Positions 1-10,520 of a stretch of 40,748 bases of DNA are shown piece after piece. The stretch is from a virus. Lineage: Duplodnaviria; Caudoviricetes. Both the position numbers and the translations under genes were made by a program. How positions within the stretch are numbered: the first letter of the stretch is position 1; each line of letters begins with the position of its first letter. The stretch is taken from IMG/VR virus record IMGVR_UViG_3300020440_000031, positions 1-40,748 of that record; one strand, 5' to 3'. The notes below the pieces were generated by a model. That model searched no databases and was not told the DNA's origin. It saw only the letters and a program-made list of their open reading frames with translations.

Positions 1-844
1 TTCCGCCATTGGCATCTAAGAATACATCGACATACTGATTGTTGATTTGATTGAAATTTAAAGTGTCTTCCGCTAGATCAGTTGCACCAATATCACTAAG
101 TGTAAAATAAAAATTTTGTGCAGTTTTACTTGGTACTCTGAAAGTAATTGTACCAAAGTCATCACCGTTATTTGTAACTCCGAGTACATCTCGTGAACTT
201 TGATTTGGTTGTTGTGATAAAACTCCGCTTGTTCCGGGCTGACTTTGTATCCAAAAATTACGACCACTGTCGCTTACATTAAAATTATATTCACCTTCTC
301 TAGCCAATGAAATAGTTGGTAATGTTCCAGGGTAACTTGAAAAAGTATAACCTGTGTTTTCATATTTTACATCATAAGTTGCACGAATAGGAATAGCGTT
401 TGCAAACACACTTACACTATCTGGACCAGCAGGTACCCAATAGTATTGACCAAAATTAACATACTTGTCAAAATCGACCATTGGATCAAAACTATAGTAT
501 TCACTATCAAATAATCTATCGTCACGTGTGGTATTTGAACCTTGTAGTGCTAGGCTATCAATGATACCAGGATAGGTAATCGTGTTTTTAATTTCATTAC
601 CGTTGTCGTTTGTTTGAACGACACCTGGTTCCAATTGATAGTTGGTGCGGGTTTGTGTTGGTTCTAGTACATAGCTATCGCTGGCAGTTACTCCAGGACC
701 TATTTTACGTCCTATATAACCTTGAGTAGGTTTAAGTTTTGGGTTTTGTGTAAGTTGATCAAGGGTACTACGCAACAACTGCTTGTTTGCAGGTGTTTGA
801 AAAATTTCAGGTAAAAAATCTTCTGAGCGTATACGCTTAGCCAT
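1..844 (-). CDS. N-terminal part of a very large baseplate/virion structural protein (gp7-like position); runs off the window edge
   Basis: Not in the ORF track. ATG at 844, just after the gp6 stop, opens a frame MAKRIRSEDFLPEIFQTPANKQLLRSTLDQL...YQLEPGVV...FDPMVDFDKYVNFGQYYWVPAGP... with no stop seen down to position 1. Position after gp6 fits a wedge protein. Confidence 0.75.
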   Translation of the reverse strand, partial: MAKRIRSEDFLPEIFQTPANKQLLRSTLDQLTQNPKLKPTQGYIGRKIGPGVTASDSYVLEPTQTRTNYQLEPGVVQTNDNGNEIKNTITYPGIIDSLALQGSNTTRDDRLFDSEYYSFDPMVDFDKYVNFGQYYWVPAGPDSVSVFANAIPIRATYDVKYENTGYTFSSYPGTLPTISLAREGEYNFNVSDSGRNFWIQSQPGTSGVLSQQPNQSSRDVLGVTNNGDDFGTITFRVPSKTAQNFYFTLSDIGATDLAEDTLNFNQINNQYVDVFLDANGG

Positions 845-845
845 A

Positions 846-3800
846 TTAGACTACTCCACTATTTGGAGCAGTACGCAACTGTGTACCAGTAAGTGCATCA
901 ATTATCTGTACATCATTGACTGTAGCCGCATTGACAAAAATTTCATTTGCCTGTGAGCGTATTTCATATAAATCACCAAAACTTTTCAGTGGATCAGTTG
1001 GTACAAGTACAACTGAACTGATGATGCTTCCTAATCTATCATGTAGGTAAGCACTGAGTTCACTGAAGAAAAACGTATCACCAAAATCCCAATTATCGAT
1101 AGTAAAGTATGTGTTCATTGCACTTACAACTTGACTTTTTATTTCACTTACACTTGCAGTGCTGGCAGTATTTTTTACACATTTTATTGTTGCTTGTAAT
1201 TCAACTGCGGCCTTTGTACCAAAAAGAGGTTTGAATGTTACACTATTCAGTATAATATTATCACTGATCATTTTGTATTGATCCAGCGTACTATAACTTG
1301 TGGTTAACTCATCTATTGTTGGCTTTGCTGGCTCAGCTACAGTTCCGGTACTGTCACGAATAAAGTTCTGATAAGCAATATAATAAGATTGTGTAACTAG
1401 ATACAAGTCGATTATGTTTGTAGTTCCTGGGTCAATACGTCTACTCAACGGAGCATTGTGTCGATACTGAAAGTACAAACCTTGTCTTCCTGTATATGTT
1501 TCGTATCCTGTTACTTCTGCTATGGTTCTTGTTCCTTCGTAGTCGACTGTGAGCTGATAGAACTTTTTGTCTGTATATGCATAAAACACTTGCTTGTCGG
1601 GATACTCGCTTTTAACAAGTTCAATTGCAGATTTTGTAGCAAAAGAACCTATTACTGTACCTTCTGCTAATGGCAAATATCTTTCTAGGTTATCAAAATC
1701 TACTGTTTGTTGTAGATAAATTCTTTTGTTATTAGGATTGACAGTTGGAGCAACAAGTGTTTCAAAATAATCTGGATTGTCTGGAATACCGTCGTTGTCA
1801 GAATCTTTATAGGATATTCTTACTCTAAAGTCATCTACAAAACCATCTGCTTCTACAGGCTGATCGATAATATCTAAAACTTCATCACTATTAAGTGTCG
1901 AACTGCTATCTGGTAAATTGTTTGTCTTTAGTACGTTTATAAAATCATTTATAACTGTACCAGTTTTTGGATCATAAACTTTTTGTGTACCATCATAAAA
2001 AAATCTTGTTTCCAAAACACTAGCCCAAAAACGTTGCAAACTACGAGAACTAACTGTATATGTAACACCATCAGTTTCGAAAGCAACTAACCAACTGTTA
2101 TCTAAACCTGTGCCGCTGGTATTCTGTGCATTGGCAAGGCTGAAAGTTGTTGCACTATTAAGATTTGTGCTTGTGATCACATACCAAGTTTCGGATGTAT
2201 TATCATAACCAAGACCAAAATCTCTATATAGTTCTATGTTTTCACGCATTGTTGTTTCGATTGCAACTGGCAAATCTGTTACAAAGTTAGGAATAACTTG
2301 TGTTGGTACTGCATTAGTCGGAATAAAATTATTAAGCGTAACTGGACCAGTTCCATCAGCATTGTTACCAACTCCAAAATTAGTACCATCAAGTTCTAAT
2401 GCTGTTACAGTTGCCCATAAAACCATTTTATCACCGGGCAATGTTGGAGATCCAACTGCTAGTCTGTTAGTTGCAGTAAAATATTGTCCAGCTGGTGGAG
2501 TAAATTTTACCAGTCCACCTTTGGCAATGTATTTTTTATTATCACTTGCCTGCGGCCCAACTGGTGCTGGTGCATTATTAGACACAAATCTAAAAAAACC
2601 AGTAGTTTCGTTGTTGCTTGTAGTGCTTTGACTCCAGTTTAGATTTAATCCAGTTAACGAAGGACGTAAGAAGTTTTGATAATAAAACTCCTGCATTCCT
2701 CTACTTGCTAGTACGGGTTCAACTTGATTAACAATAACATCAGTTATATCATTTTGATCAACAAATGTAAAAGTAAAACTTGGTACCGCAGTATTCTCGT
2801 ATATCATGCCATCACTGGCAAAAATATTTGTACTTGAGTATTTTCCAGTGATATCAACAAGATCCAAGTATCTACTAGTACCAATTGAGCTTCTATTTAC
2901 AGCTTTGGACTTGATTATAGTTGAATAAAGTGTATATGGAAAATTATTATAATCTTCACCGTTTACCATTCTGTTCTGTGTATAGAACCTAGCTGGTGCA
3001 CGTTGTTTGATGTCGTTTATATTTTCTCTATTAGCAGCGTTGCTTACGGGTTGTGTTAATGCACAAGTAAAAGTTATTGTTTCGTTACGCCCAGTACGAC
3101 TTACATATGCAATTGATATTGTAACATTTTGCATTTCGTCTTGATTGATTATATAATTCAATCCATTGGATGCACGCACATAAGTTCTAAAACTGCCAAC
3201 TGGTATACTACTGAATACACCATCTCCAAAATTAAGATTTATTTGATCATTGGTTCTTGATGTTATGGAAAAATATCTTCGTTGCTCAGGAGTAAGTTCT
3301 TCTACTGCTCCACTGTAAATGTTTTCAACATATTCCCATTCGTTTTCGATATTGCCTTGAGAATTAAGTTGATACAACCAAACATCTTCATTGTTAATTC
3401 CTTCGATGTTGACATTTACAACTCTGTTTGAAATTCTTTCACCCAGATTGAAATCTAGATCTTGTAAACTACCTTGTTTGAATAGGAAGAAAAAGCCAGT
3501 GTTTGCACTTGCAAAACCTTGTTTATCATTTCTATAAAGTATATTAAAGGCACCATTTGGTGCAGGCGAAGGTTCATATACATAGGTTTTGTCTTGCGAT
3601 GTAGCACATACTGCTTCAAAACCCATTGCAGTGCCGTTAACTGTGCTTGTAAATGGTATAACTGGCAAGAACCCTTGCAGTAAATTGATAGCATACTCAT
3701 CAGTTTGTACACCTAAAATGGTTTGTGAATTAGCAGGACGACCAAAACGTTGACTGTTATCCAATGCTGCATTGATTATAACTGTGAATTGCTCTAACCA

Positions 3801-4253
3801 ATTTGCGTTTGTAGTGTCATTCCAATTTACTGTGATATTTGATAGGTTTACACCAGTAAAATCAACTACGCCTTCTGTGGTGCTTATGCTCTGTACTTTT
3901 AGAAATCCTTGTGCAGCAGTATTACGTTTAGGTGTATAACTTACTAATTCTGCTAGTCTGTTGACACTGTCTCTTCTTTCGGCAGTATCGATAAAATTTT
4001 CTCTGGTGTTGAGATCATTTCTAAAACTACCTGCTTGTCCCATAAATGCCATAACATCGAGTAGTGCAATAAATTCACTTGACTCGATATAGTCATTAAA
4101 ACTTTCTGGATAGTATAAGCGTATATAATCGATAAAGCTCTTGCGAAGTGTTTCAAAATCATAACTTTGAAAGTCTGCTTCACGGTATGTCTGGTAGATT
4201 CTTTTCCAATCTTCAACACCAAATATACTAGTCTGTCTTGTAGTCTTAGCCAT
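846..4253 (-). CDS. gp6: Baseplate wedge subunit, T4 gp6-like
   Basis: N-terminal DFQSYDFETLRKSFIDY...ESSEFIALLDVMAF...RENFIDTAERRDSV..LAELVSY; internal FGDGVF and IKQRAPARFYTQNRMVNGEDY motifs typical of gp6/baseplate J; adjacent to gp25. Confidence 0.9.
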   Translation of the reverse strand: MAKTTRQTSIFGVEDWKRIYQTYREADFQSYDFETLRKSFIDYIRLYYPESFNDYIESSEFIALLDVMAFMGQAGSFRNDLNTRENFIDTAERRDSVNRLAELVSYTPKRNTAAQGFLKVQSISTTEGVVDFTGVNLSNITVNWNDTTNANWLEQFTVIINAALDNSQRFGRPANSQTILGVQTDEYAINLLQGFLPVIPFTSTVNGTAMGFEAVCATSQDKTYVYEPSPAPNGAFNILYRNDKQGFASANTGFFFLFKQGSLQDLDFNLGERISNRVVNVNIEGINNEDVWLYQLNSQGNIENEWEYVENIYSGAVEELTPEQRRYFSITSRTNDQINLNFGDGVFSSIPVGSFRTYVRASNGLNYIINQDEMQNVTISIAYVSRTGRNETITFTCALTQPVSNAANRENINDIKQRAPARFYTQNRMVNGEDYNNFPYTLYSTIIKSKAVNRSSIGTSRYLDLVDITGKYSSTNIFASDGMIYENTAVPSFTFTFVDQNDITDVIVNQVEPVLASRGMQEFYYQNFLRPSLTGLNLNWSQSTTSNNETTGFFRFVSNNAPAPVGPQASDNKKYIAKGGLVKFTPPAGQYFTATNRLAVGSPTLPGDKMVLWATVTALELDGTNFGVGNNADGTGPVTLNNFIPTNAVPTQVIPNFVTDLPVAIETTMRENIELYRDFGLGYDNTSETWYVITSTNLNSATTFSLANAQNTSGTGLDNSWLVAFETDGVTYTVSSRSLQRFWASVLETRFFYDGTQKVYDPKTGTVINDFINVLKTNNLPDSSSTLNSDEVLDIIDQPVEADGFVDDFRVRISYKDSDNDGIPDNPDYFETLVAPTVNPNNKRIYLQQTVDFDNLERYLPLAEGTVIGSFATKSAIELVKSEYPDKQVFYAYTDKKFYQLTVDYEGTRTIAEVTGYETYTGRQGLYFQYRHNAPLSRRIDPGTTNIIDLYLVTQSYYIAYQNFIRDSTGTVAEPAKPTIDELTTSYSTLDQYKMISDNIILNSVTFKPLFGTKAAVELQATIKCVKNTASTASVSEIKSQVVSAMNTYFTIDNWDFGDTFFFSELSAYLHDRLGSIISSVVLVPTDPLKSFGDLYEIRSQANEIFVNAATVNDVQIIDALTGTQLRTAPNSGVV

Positions 4254-4272
4254 GTGTATTTCCCTTACCTAG

Positions 4273-4304
4273 TATTTATCTACAAAATAAACTACGTAGT
4301 TTAT
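4273..4304 (-). promoter_or_regulatory. Late promoter ATAAATA with an upstream 18-bp perfect palindrome, driving gp6
   Basis: tatttat at 4273-4279 (ATAAATA on minus, T4 late consensus TATAAATA); palindrome ATAAACTACGTAGTTTAT at 4287-4304. Confidence 0.7.
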
Positions 4305-4305
4305 A

Positions 4306-4686
4306 CTAGACGTCTGAGTATGCGGCTCGTTGTTGTTGATTGTCAAAGAATACAGTTAATGTGTTTGCGTCTTGACCTGCAATTGTTTGTACTTCAAGTT
4401 CGCAGAGAAAGCCATTTTCTTGTGCAAAAACATTTATATCTGATATTTGTATGCGAGGATCTTGTGCTACAACACGTTGTAATTCAGTTATGATAGCCTG
4501 TGATGTTTGTGCATTTTGTGGTTCAAATATTAGACTCCACATTGTTGTACCAACATCAGGTCTGCCAGGCATTTCGCCTTGCCTTATATTAAGTGCATTC
4601 AAGAGGTCGGCTTTGATAAGTTCAAAATCAGTTAGTGTATAATTCTTGAATCTACCTACTGTGCTATATCCGATTACTGATGTCAT
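4306..4686 (-). CDS. gp25: Baseplate wedge subunit gp25 (GPW/gp25 family)
   Basis: LTDFELIKADLLNALNIRQGEMPGRPDVGT...LIFEP...DPRI pattern, 126 aa, between gp5 and gp6. Confidence 0.9.
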   Translation of the reverse strand: MTSVIGYSTVGRFKNYTLTDFELIKADLLNALNIRQGEMPGRPDVGTTMWSLIFEPQNAQTSQAIITELQRVVAQDPRIQISDINVFAQENGFLCELEVQTIAGQDANTLTVFFDNQQQRAAYSDV

Positions 4687-4690
4687 AACG

Positions 4691-4697
4691 TATTTAT
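4691..4697 (-). promoter_or_regulatory. Late promoter ATAAATA 4 nt upstream of the gp25 ATG
   Basis: Minus strand reads cacATAAATAcgttATGaca; it overlaps the gp5 stop codon and no SD is visible. Confidence 0.55.
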
Positions 4698-6931
4698 GTG
4701 ACTATTCCGGTGACTTTTTTGTTAGCCACCACAGATTCAAGAGCAGTATCAATTTCTGTTCGTATTACAGTTCCTGTGGTTCCTGATGAGCCTTTGGTAA
4801 ATCCTTGTATCTCGGTGCTGATTTTTTGTGTAGTAAGATTTACTGCATACTGTCCACCTTTTACAAGTTCATTCATTTGCCCAGCAGTGATATTGTTGCT
4901 CAATGAACCATTCAGAGTTTTGCCAAGAACTGCACTGCCTTCTGTCCATTTCTTAACTGCGTCAACTCCAAACTTACTAGCACCACTTACCAGACCAGCT
5001 AGATCAGCTTCATCTTCTAAGCCTGTAACAACGCCTGCATTTTGCAAGCCGTTAAGTCCTTTGGTAAACAAATCAGTTTTTGTTAAGTCCTGGATGCTTT
5101 CGTTGTTTAGAAAATCACTTACACCATTGATTCCTTGATTACCAGTCCATACACTTGAACTGCTTAACACAGTGTTGAGGTTGCTTGTAGCATCTTTCAA
5201 AAAGAAGTCACTAGTACCAGGTTTCAAAAATCCAGCATCTTCTAGTTCAGGGGCACTGAATCCAAACTTACCTACTCCTTTATCGTTTGATATTTCATTT
5301 GCTTTTTGATCAACTTGTTTACTAGATTGAGCTAACATACCTGTGACTTTTTCAGGTGGTATTTTACCAACATTATTTGTTGCATTGGCTTGTTTTTCGT
5401 AATCACCTTTTTCAATCTTTTTAATTTCTGTGGCTTCGATTTTGTTGATTGCTTCTTTGGTTTTTGGCTCTAAAGGTACAGTTGTACTAGTACTGGACAA
5501 GTTTGTGGTTGTGTTAACTCCTGTACCTCTTTCAGCATAAGGTTCATGAGTTGGCACTCTTGTGGCAATTGTTTCGATTGCCGATGGTTCTGGAATCCAA
5601 CCTTGTTGCGGTGAAAACTTTGTATCAGGCAACCTAAGTTTTGGAATTTCTTGAGCCTTTGGCACATCGCCTGCAGATCCACTGTTAAGTTTGATACAAC
5701 CAGCTTCTAGCGTAAGTGCTGATCCAGCACCCCAGCTTCCAGTATTGCTTTTCAACATCATTGAGCTATCGCTTTTCAAACCAATCATGCTTTTGCTATA
5801 GGCCAATAGACTGTTTGTTCCTGTGAGGTTGAGACCAGCACTTTCTAAACTCATAGAGGTTTTAGCATGCATGTTGATACTGCCAGTTTCACTGTTTATG
5901 TTAATATTTTTATCTGCATGCATGTTGATTTCGCCAGCACTTCTAATGTTTAGACTGTTTGAAGCATAAACGTCGATTGTGCCTTCTTTGCCTAGTTCAA
6001 TCCAACTTTGTCCGTTGGCATGCATGATATGTATTGTTTGCCCATCTGGAGTATCATTCATCATGATTTGATGGCCTGCACTGGTACGTAGTCTTATGAG
6101 ATTGTCTTCATTGGTTTGACTTCCATCATCCATTACAAAACTATGTCCACCTTTTCGACCAATTACGTTTACTTCATTTGGTTGTAAAGTTGAATTGTTT
6201 AGTTTTTGTTGTAATTGTGCATCAGTAAGACCTCCTGAATAAACTGGTCGTCCTGGTGTGCTTATGCCAAAGCACGTGCTAGGAGATTCTCTTTGACTGT
6301 TTGAAGTTATAGGACCAATCAAAGGATCAGCTATCACACCTTGTGCAAGCATTTGTCCGGCAAGAACACTGTGTACTGGTTTTGTTTCTTCAAAAAATCT
6401 TGGATTTTCTGCTATTGCTTTGTTGCTATTGTTTATTTCTACTACAGGCAACTTTGATTTGTTAGCTAACAATGGAGAATTGCTATCGTCCACATATTTC
6501 TTACTTGCACCAATTGCTGGTACCATATGATTCAATCCTGGTTCTATTGGCATACCCATATAGTAACCTTTGCTCGGATCTCCATCGACAAAGAAACACA
6601 AAACTTTTGTTCCTAAATCAGGCGGTGTACCCCAGAATCCGTAACTTTGGTTGTTTCCAGTAAAACTACCTGGTCCAGTTGGTTGTGGTACACTCTGTTG
6701 TGTATAACCGTAAAAAGGACTAAGATAATTTACTGTTCGCCAAAGACTTTTGTTATTTTTATCTGAACCTGCTAAATGTGTAATATAAACTTGGAGTCTT
6801 CCGCTGCGTGTAGGATCAACATTGTTTACTACCTCGCCGATAAACGGACCGCTCTCTGCAGGTGTACCACCTGCATCTTGTTTAAAGTTTTTTTGAACTC
6901 CAACACTTCTTTGATAGTTTTCATTTGCCAT
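4694..6931 (-). CDS. gp5: Baseplate hub / central spike gp5 (VgrG-like OB fold and beta-helix) with C-terminal lysozyme-like region
   Basis: GEVVNNVDPTRSGRLQV...SYGFWGTPPDLGTKVLCFF OB-fold motif; GHSFVMDD...IRLRTSAGHQIMMND...SWIELGKEGTIDVY beta-helix start; RVPTHEPY. Confidence 0.85.
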   Translation of the reverse strand: MANENYQRSVGVQKNFKQDAGGTPAESGPFIGEVVNNVDPTRSGRLQVYITHLAGSDKNNKSLWRTVNYLSPFYGYTQQSVPQPTGPGSFTGNNQSYGFWGTPPDLGTKVLCFFVDGDPSKGYYMGMPIEPGLNHMVPAIGASKKYVDDSNSPLLANKSKLPVVEINNSNKAIAENPRFFEETKPVHSVLAGQMLAQGVIADPLIGPITSNSQRESPSTCFGISTPGRPVYSGGLTDAQLQQKLNNSTLQPNEVNVIGRKGGHSFVMDDGSQTNEDNLIRLRTSAGHQIMMNDTPDGQTIHIMHANGQSWIELGKEGTIDVYASNSLNIRSAGEINMHADKNININSETGSINMHAKTSMSLESAGLNLTGTNSLLAYSKSMIGLKSDSSMMLKSNTGSWGAGSALTLEAGCIKLNSGSAGDVPKAQEIPKLRLPDTKFSPQQGWIPEPSAIETIATRVPTHEPYAERGTGVNTTTNLSSTSTTVPLEPKTKEAINKIEATEIKKIEKGDYEKQANATNNVGKIPPEKVTGMLAQSSKQVDQKANEISNDKGVGKFGFSAPELEDAGFLKPGTSDFFLKDATSNLNTVLSSSSVWTGNQGINGVSDFLNNESIQDLTKTDLFTKGLNGLQNAGVVTGLEDEADLAGLVSGASKFGVDAVKKWTEGSAVLGKTLNGSLSNNITAGQMNELVKGGQYAVNLTTQKISTEIQGFTKGSSGTTGTVIRTEIDTALESVVANKKVTGIVT

Positions 6932-6940
6932 TTATAATCC

Positions 6941-9900
6941 TTATTTAAAAGCACCTGAAGTGGTTCCGCCACCTCTGTTGCCCACTACTGTTGCGCCTGC
7001 TTTTACTCTGCGTTTGGATGCTGCAAGTCTTCGTTGTGTCCTTCTTTTCAACAACGAACCGCCAAATCCTGTATTACCGCCAGCATCATCACTTACAGTG
7101 TTACTGCCAGGTTTAGGTGGAACTAGTGGTTGCGAACCTCCTGGGTTACCACCTACGGCTGCTGAACTTCCGGCATAATCCACATCGCCATTTATTCCTG
7201 ACTCTGTAATACGTCTTGTGGACGCATTATTTACTGCAGGTCTTGGCTTAGGAACTATTTCACTTGCTTTATTGTCCAATGGTGTAAGCCCACTTGGTCT
7301 TGTTGAACCCGAGATATAATCAGGTGGACGATTTACACCAGTAGGTGTACCGCTTGAACCTTTACCTCTTGGGTCAAGAAAATCTCCGCCGCCTCTTGAT
7401 CCCACAGGCACTGGTGTTTTCTTACTGGTTCTAACAGTTTCTCCAGAGCCGCCAAAAGCATCCAAGCCAGGTTCTTCAACTACATTAGATTGTAATTTTT
7501 TCTGTGCTGGACTATCAACCGCAGTATCAAAAGTTCTAATTGCACCATGTAAACGTTGTGTAAACTGTCCTGCTTTGAAATAATTATATATTTCAATACC
7601 AGAAAACACAATGCTTTCTTGTGCAATGTTAGTTTCTCCGGTTATACCACTTTTCTTAAAATTTTCTTTAAACACAGGTGTTAGTCCTGTAGCCATGTCG
7701 TAGTCAACTACTCGATTAAAACGTATTTCATATAGGACTTCACTGCTATTACTATTAACACTACCGTCAGCTTCAAAACTTCCAAGGGTAACTTTGTTAT
7801 AAAAAATTTCACTTTGTGTAATAAAATCTGGATCTCCAACTATTGTAATTTGGCTTTTAGCAACGTCTGCTGGACTATATAACCTTGATGCTAGTTCTGC
7901 AGCTGGACGAGTACTTTCGCCTTCTCCACCTTGCATGCTTTGACTAGGAGCAGTTTGAAAAAATTTCTTTTCTGCAAAACGTGCATCTCCTACAACAGTA
8001 TCTGATTCATCATTCAAACCATCTTTACCAACTGATTGAAGATAGTTACTGTTTACATCAATTTCAAAATCCATTACTTCTGTGTTTTGCCCTGTAAACC
8101 AATAGTTAAAAAGTTTATGTACTCCTCTGTACATTGCTGGAGGAAAATATGGAGAACGTGGAGTGTTAATTTGATATCTGCTAACAAAATATTTTATTCT
8201 GTACGCATAGTCTTTACGTTTTTGATCATAACCAATAGGCGTTGCAGTTTGTGTAATTCTATACCATTGCACTGTTTTTACTGGCGGATTTTCAATTCTG
8301 GCACCTGTTTTTTCGTCAAAGGCAACTGTTTGTTGTGCAGTTATATAGGTGCTGTTTTTTATTACCTGATCAATCAACTGAGTTATTTGTGTACCTGCAG
8401 CTATACTATATTCTCTACTGTCTACATCTAACGCTTGTTTGCCCTGATTAAGTTTTTGATTTGGATCTGGGTTGGTTTGCATTGCAGTGCGTTTTTTATC
8501 TACAGTGCCTTGTTTTTTCATCTTGGCATCTTTAAGTCCTGCAACATCTTCTAGTTCAATGATGTATTCGTCTGGTATTAAATAGCCTTTCTTTTCAACA
8601 ATATCACGCTGATGTTGATTTAAGGCATCACTAAGTCCTTGGGTAACAGTTCGGTCAGCAAGACCAACTTTTTTTGCTGGTGGAGTTCTTTCAGCTACTT
8701 CAAGAGCTTCGTCATCGTCTGTGTCTGCAATCTGACGTTGCGAGTCTAACAGTTGTGTGTTTCCGTTTAGGAGTGTCTGCACATCACCAGCACTCAGTTG
8801 AAAATTAAATGGTATTGTTCCCCTGGCAGTACTGTATCCTACTGTGGTTTGCGGAACTGTTGCTTCAACATTGTAAACCACTGCGTCTGTATTAACTTTA
8901 TAGGTTATGTTTGAAAATTGAAATGGTATAAATTTTTCTACAAGTGCATTAGGATCACTGGTTTGCTCTGCACCACTTGCAGGATCACTGCTCACTAGAT
9001 TTCCTTGATCATCGTATCCGTAGAATCGTATAACCATTAAAAACGTTTGCGAGTTGACATTAACATCTTCTATATTCTCATGAGCGGCACATGCCTGCGA
9101 CAATCTGCTTAACAATGTTATACCTTGAGGTTCAAGTATATTGAATTTCATGGTTTGTACATTATGTGGAGATTGTGTTTCTTGTGTTCCAATAGCACAA
9201 CGTATTTCAAGATCTTCAATGTAAAAGTCTAAATCAAAGTATTCATTGCGTTGTCCAACTGGTGCACCGCCTGATTGAATAATCAACTGATCTCCAGGCA
9301 GAACTTTTTTATCAGTTGAAAGTAGCTGTTTGTATTCATCAGTATTCATGATATAGATAGAAATACTGTAGGTTTGACTTGCTAAACTTGCTAGTTTATT
9401 TGGTGTAGGAACAATGGTTTCCATGAATTCTGATGCCACTGCAACCCTTCCTTCAACCACCTGACTAGCATTACCAACACTGTTAGGTGTTGTTGTGGTT
9501 GAATCATCATCGGTTGCACGTGTCAAAGCGCCACCTGTGCCACCGCTTTCTACTGTTGTTGAGACGCCGTTTGGTCCAACAGGTCCTTTGTTTTGTGTTT
9601 GCGAAAGTTTTACAACGGGTTGTGCACCGCCCACAGTACTAGTTGAACCAGACCCTTTGTTGTCTCCGAGTTGCTGGTCTTCGAAGGTTCTTAGATTGCT
9701 TTGAGTAGCATTTGAAGGTTTGTTTAAACTGGTAATTACGGGTTTTACCTCTTGATCAACATTGTCAAAAAAGAAATTATCGCCAGCAATAGGCGTAGTA
9801 AATCTTGCAGTGTCAACAGATGCAATTGATTCATTTTTAACAATTGATCCAGCACTATCACGTGGTAGATTGTTTGTTACTTCAAAGCTGTTTTCATTTT

Positions 9901-10213
9901 TTTGAGTCGTTGTACGTACTTCGCCTAGTTCGCTAGTAAGCACATTTGTCTCTACTATGTTCTTAGTAATTTTTGATTTGGTAGTAACGTATCCAGGTTG
10001 GTTTTTCAACCCTTCATTTTGTCCATTAAGATTTTGTAGCGTTTTTCTTGTTAGTTTTACACTTTCGTCACTTTTGTTCCATTCATCAGTGATGTTGCTC
10101 CATCTTGCACCAGTCCGTGCTTGTTGTTGCAGACTTTTTACCGCAAGTTTCTGACGGTTTATTTCAAGTTGTTGAGTTAGTCTGGCTGCATTTAATTCCG
10201 CCGGAGTTGTCAT
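6941..10213 (-). CDS. Baseplate hub protein (gp27-like) with long low-complexity termini
   Basis: Immediately upstream of gp5; core with FNILEPQGITLL...FLMVIRFYGYDDQG, FNYWFTGQNTEVMDFEI and ITIVGDPDFI motifs; position matches the hub gene of contractile tails. Confidence 0.6.
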   Translation of the reverse strand: MTTPAELNAARLTQQLEINRQKLAVKSLQQQARTGARWSNITDEWNKSDESVKLTRKTLQNLNGQNEGLKNQPGYVTTKSKITKNIVETNVLTSELGEVRTTTQKNENSFEVTNNLPRDSAGSIVKNESIASVDTARFTTPIAGDNFFFDNVDQEVKPVITSLNKPSNATQSNLRTFEDQQLGDNKGSGSTSTVGGAQPVVKLSQTQNKGPVGPNGVSTTVESGGTGGALTRATDDDSTTTTPNSVGNASQVVEGRVAVASEFMETIVPTPNKLASLASQTYSISIYIMNTDEYKQLLSTDKKVLPGDQLIIQSGGAPVGQRNEYFDLDFYIEDLEIRCAIGTQETQSPHNVQTMKFNILEPQGITLLSRLSQACAAHENIEDVNVNSQTFLMVIRFYGYDDQGNLVSSDPASGAEQTSDPNALVEKFIPFQFSNITYKVNTDAVVYNVEATVPQTTVGYSTARGTIPFNFQLSAGDVQTLLNGNTQLLDSQRQIADTDDDEALEVAERTPPAKKVGLADRTVTQGLSDALNQHQRDIVEKKGYLIPDEYIIELEDVAGLKDAKMKKQGTVDKKRTAMQTNPDPNQKLNQGKQALDVDSREYSIAAGTQITQLIDQVIKNSTYITAQQTVAFDEKTGARIENPPVKTVQWYRITQTATPIGYDQKRKDYAYRIKYFVSRYQINTPRSPYFPPAMYRGVHKLFNYWFTGQNTEVMDFEIDVNSNYLQSVGKDGLNDESDTVVGDARFAEKKFFQTAPSQSMQGGEGESTRPAAELASRLYSPADVAKSQITIVGDPDFITQSEIFYNKVTLGSFEADGSVNSNSSEVLYEIRFNRVVDYDMATGLTPVFKENFKKSGITGETNIAQESIVFSGIEIYNYFKAGQFTQRLHGAIRTFDTAVDSPAQKKLQSNVVEEPGLDAFGGSGETVRTSKKTPVPVGSRGGGDFLDPRGKGSSGTPTGVNRPPDYISGSTRPSGLTPLDNKASEIVPKPRPAVNNASTRRITESGINGDVDYAGSSAAVGGNPGGSQPLVPPKPGSNTVSDDAGGNTGFGGSLLKRRTQRRLAASKRRVKAGATVVGNRGGGTTSGAFK

Positions 10214-10214
10214 A

Positions 10215-10520
10215 TTAGATTCCTAATACTGTTTTCAGTGTGGATTCTTGTGGTAGATAGATAGTAGTGCCACTTGTAAAATCAAACAATGGATCTTGAA
10301 GTTGATTTGGATTGCGTTGTGCAAATACCCACCAAAGATTTGAGTCACCGTATAAGTCAAATGCCAAAAGATCAGGACGCAGATTGTAGGTTTCGTTAAT
10401 GGTAAAACTTAAATCATCAATGAGTTTTGGTATTGGTCGATCAACCATTAGTCCAAGATATTGATTTTGAACCACTGGAGTGTCATAATATGCACTTGTA
10501 CTTGCGTAAGAATTGGCCAT
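10215..10520 (-). CDS. gp53: Baseplate wedge protein, gp53-like (LysM-like)
   Basis: YNLRPDLLAFDLYGDSNLWWVFAQRNP...DPLFDF..GTTIYLP motif. Confidence 0.8.
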   Translation of the reverse strand: MANSYASTSAYYDTPVVQNQYLGLMVDRPIPKLIDDLSFTINETYNLRPDLLAFDLYGDSNLWWVFAQRNPNQLQDPLFDFTSGTTIYLPQESTLKTVLGI

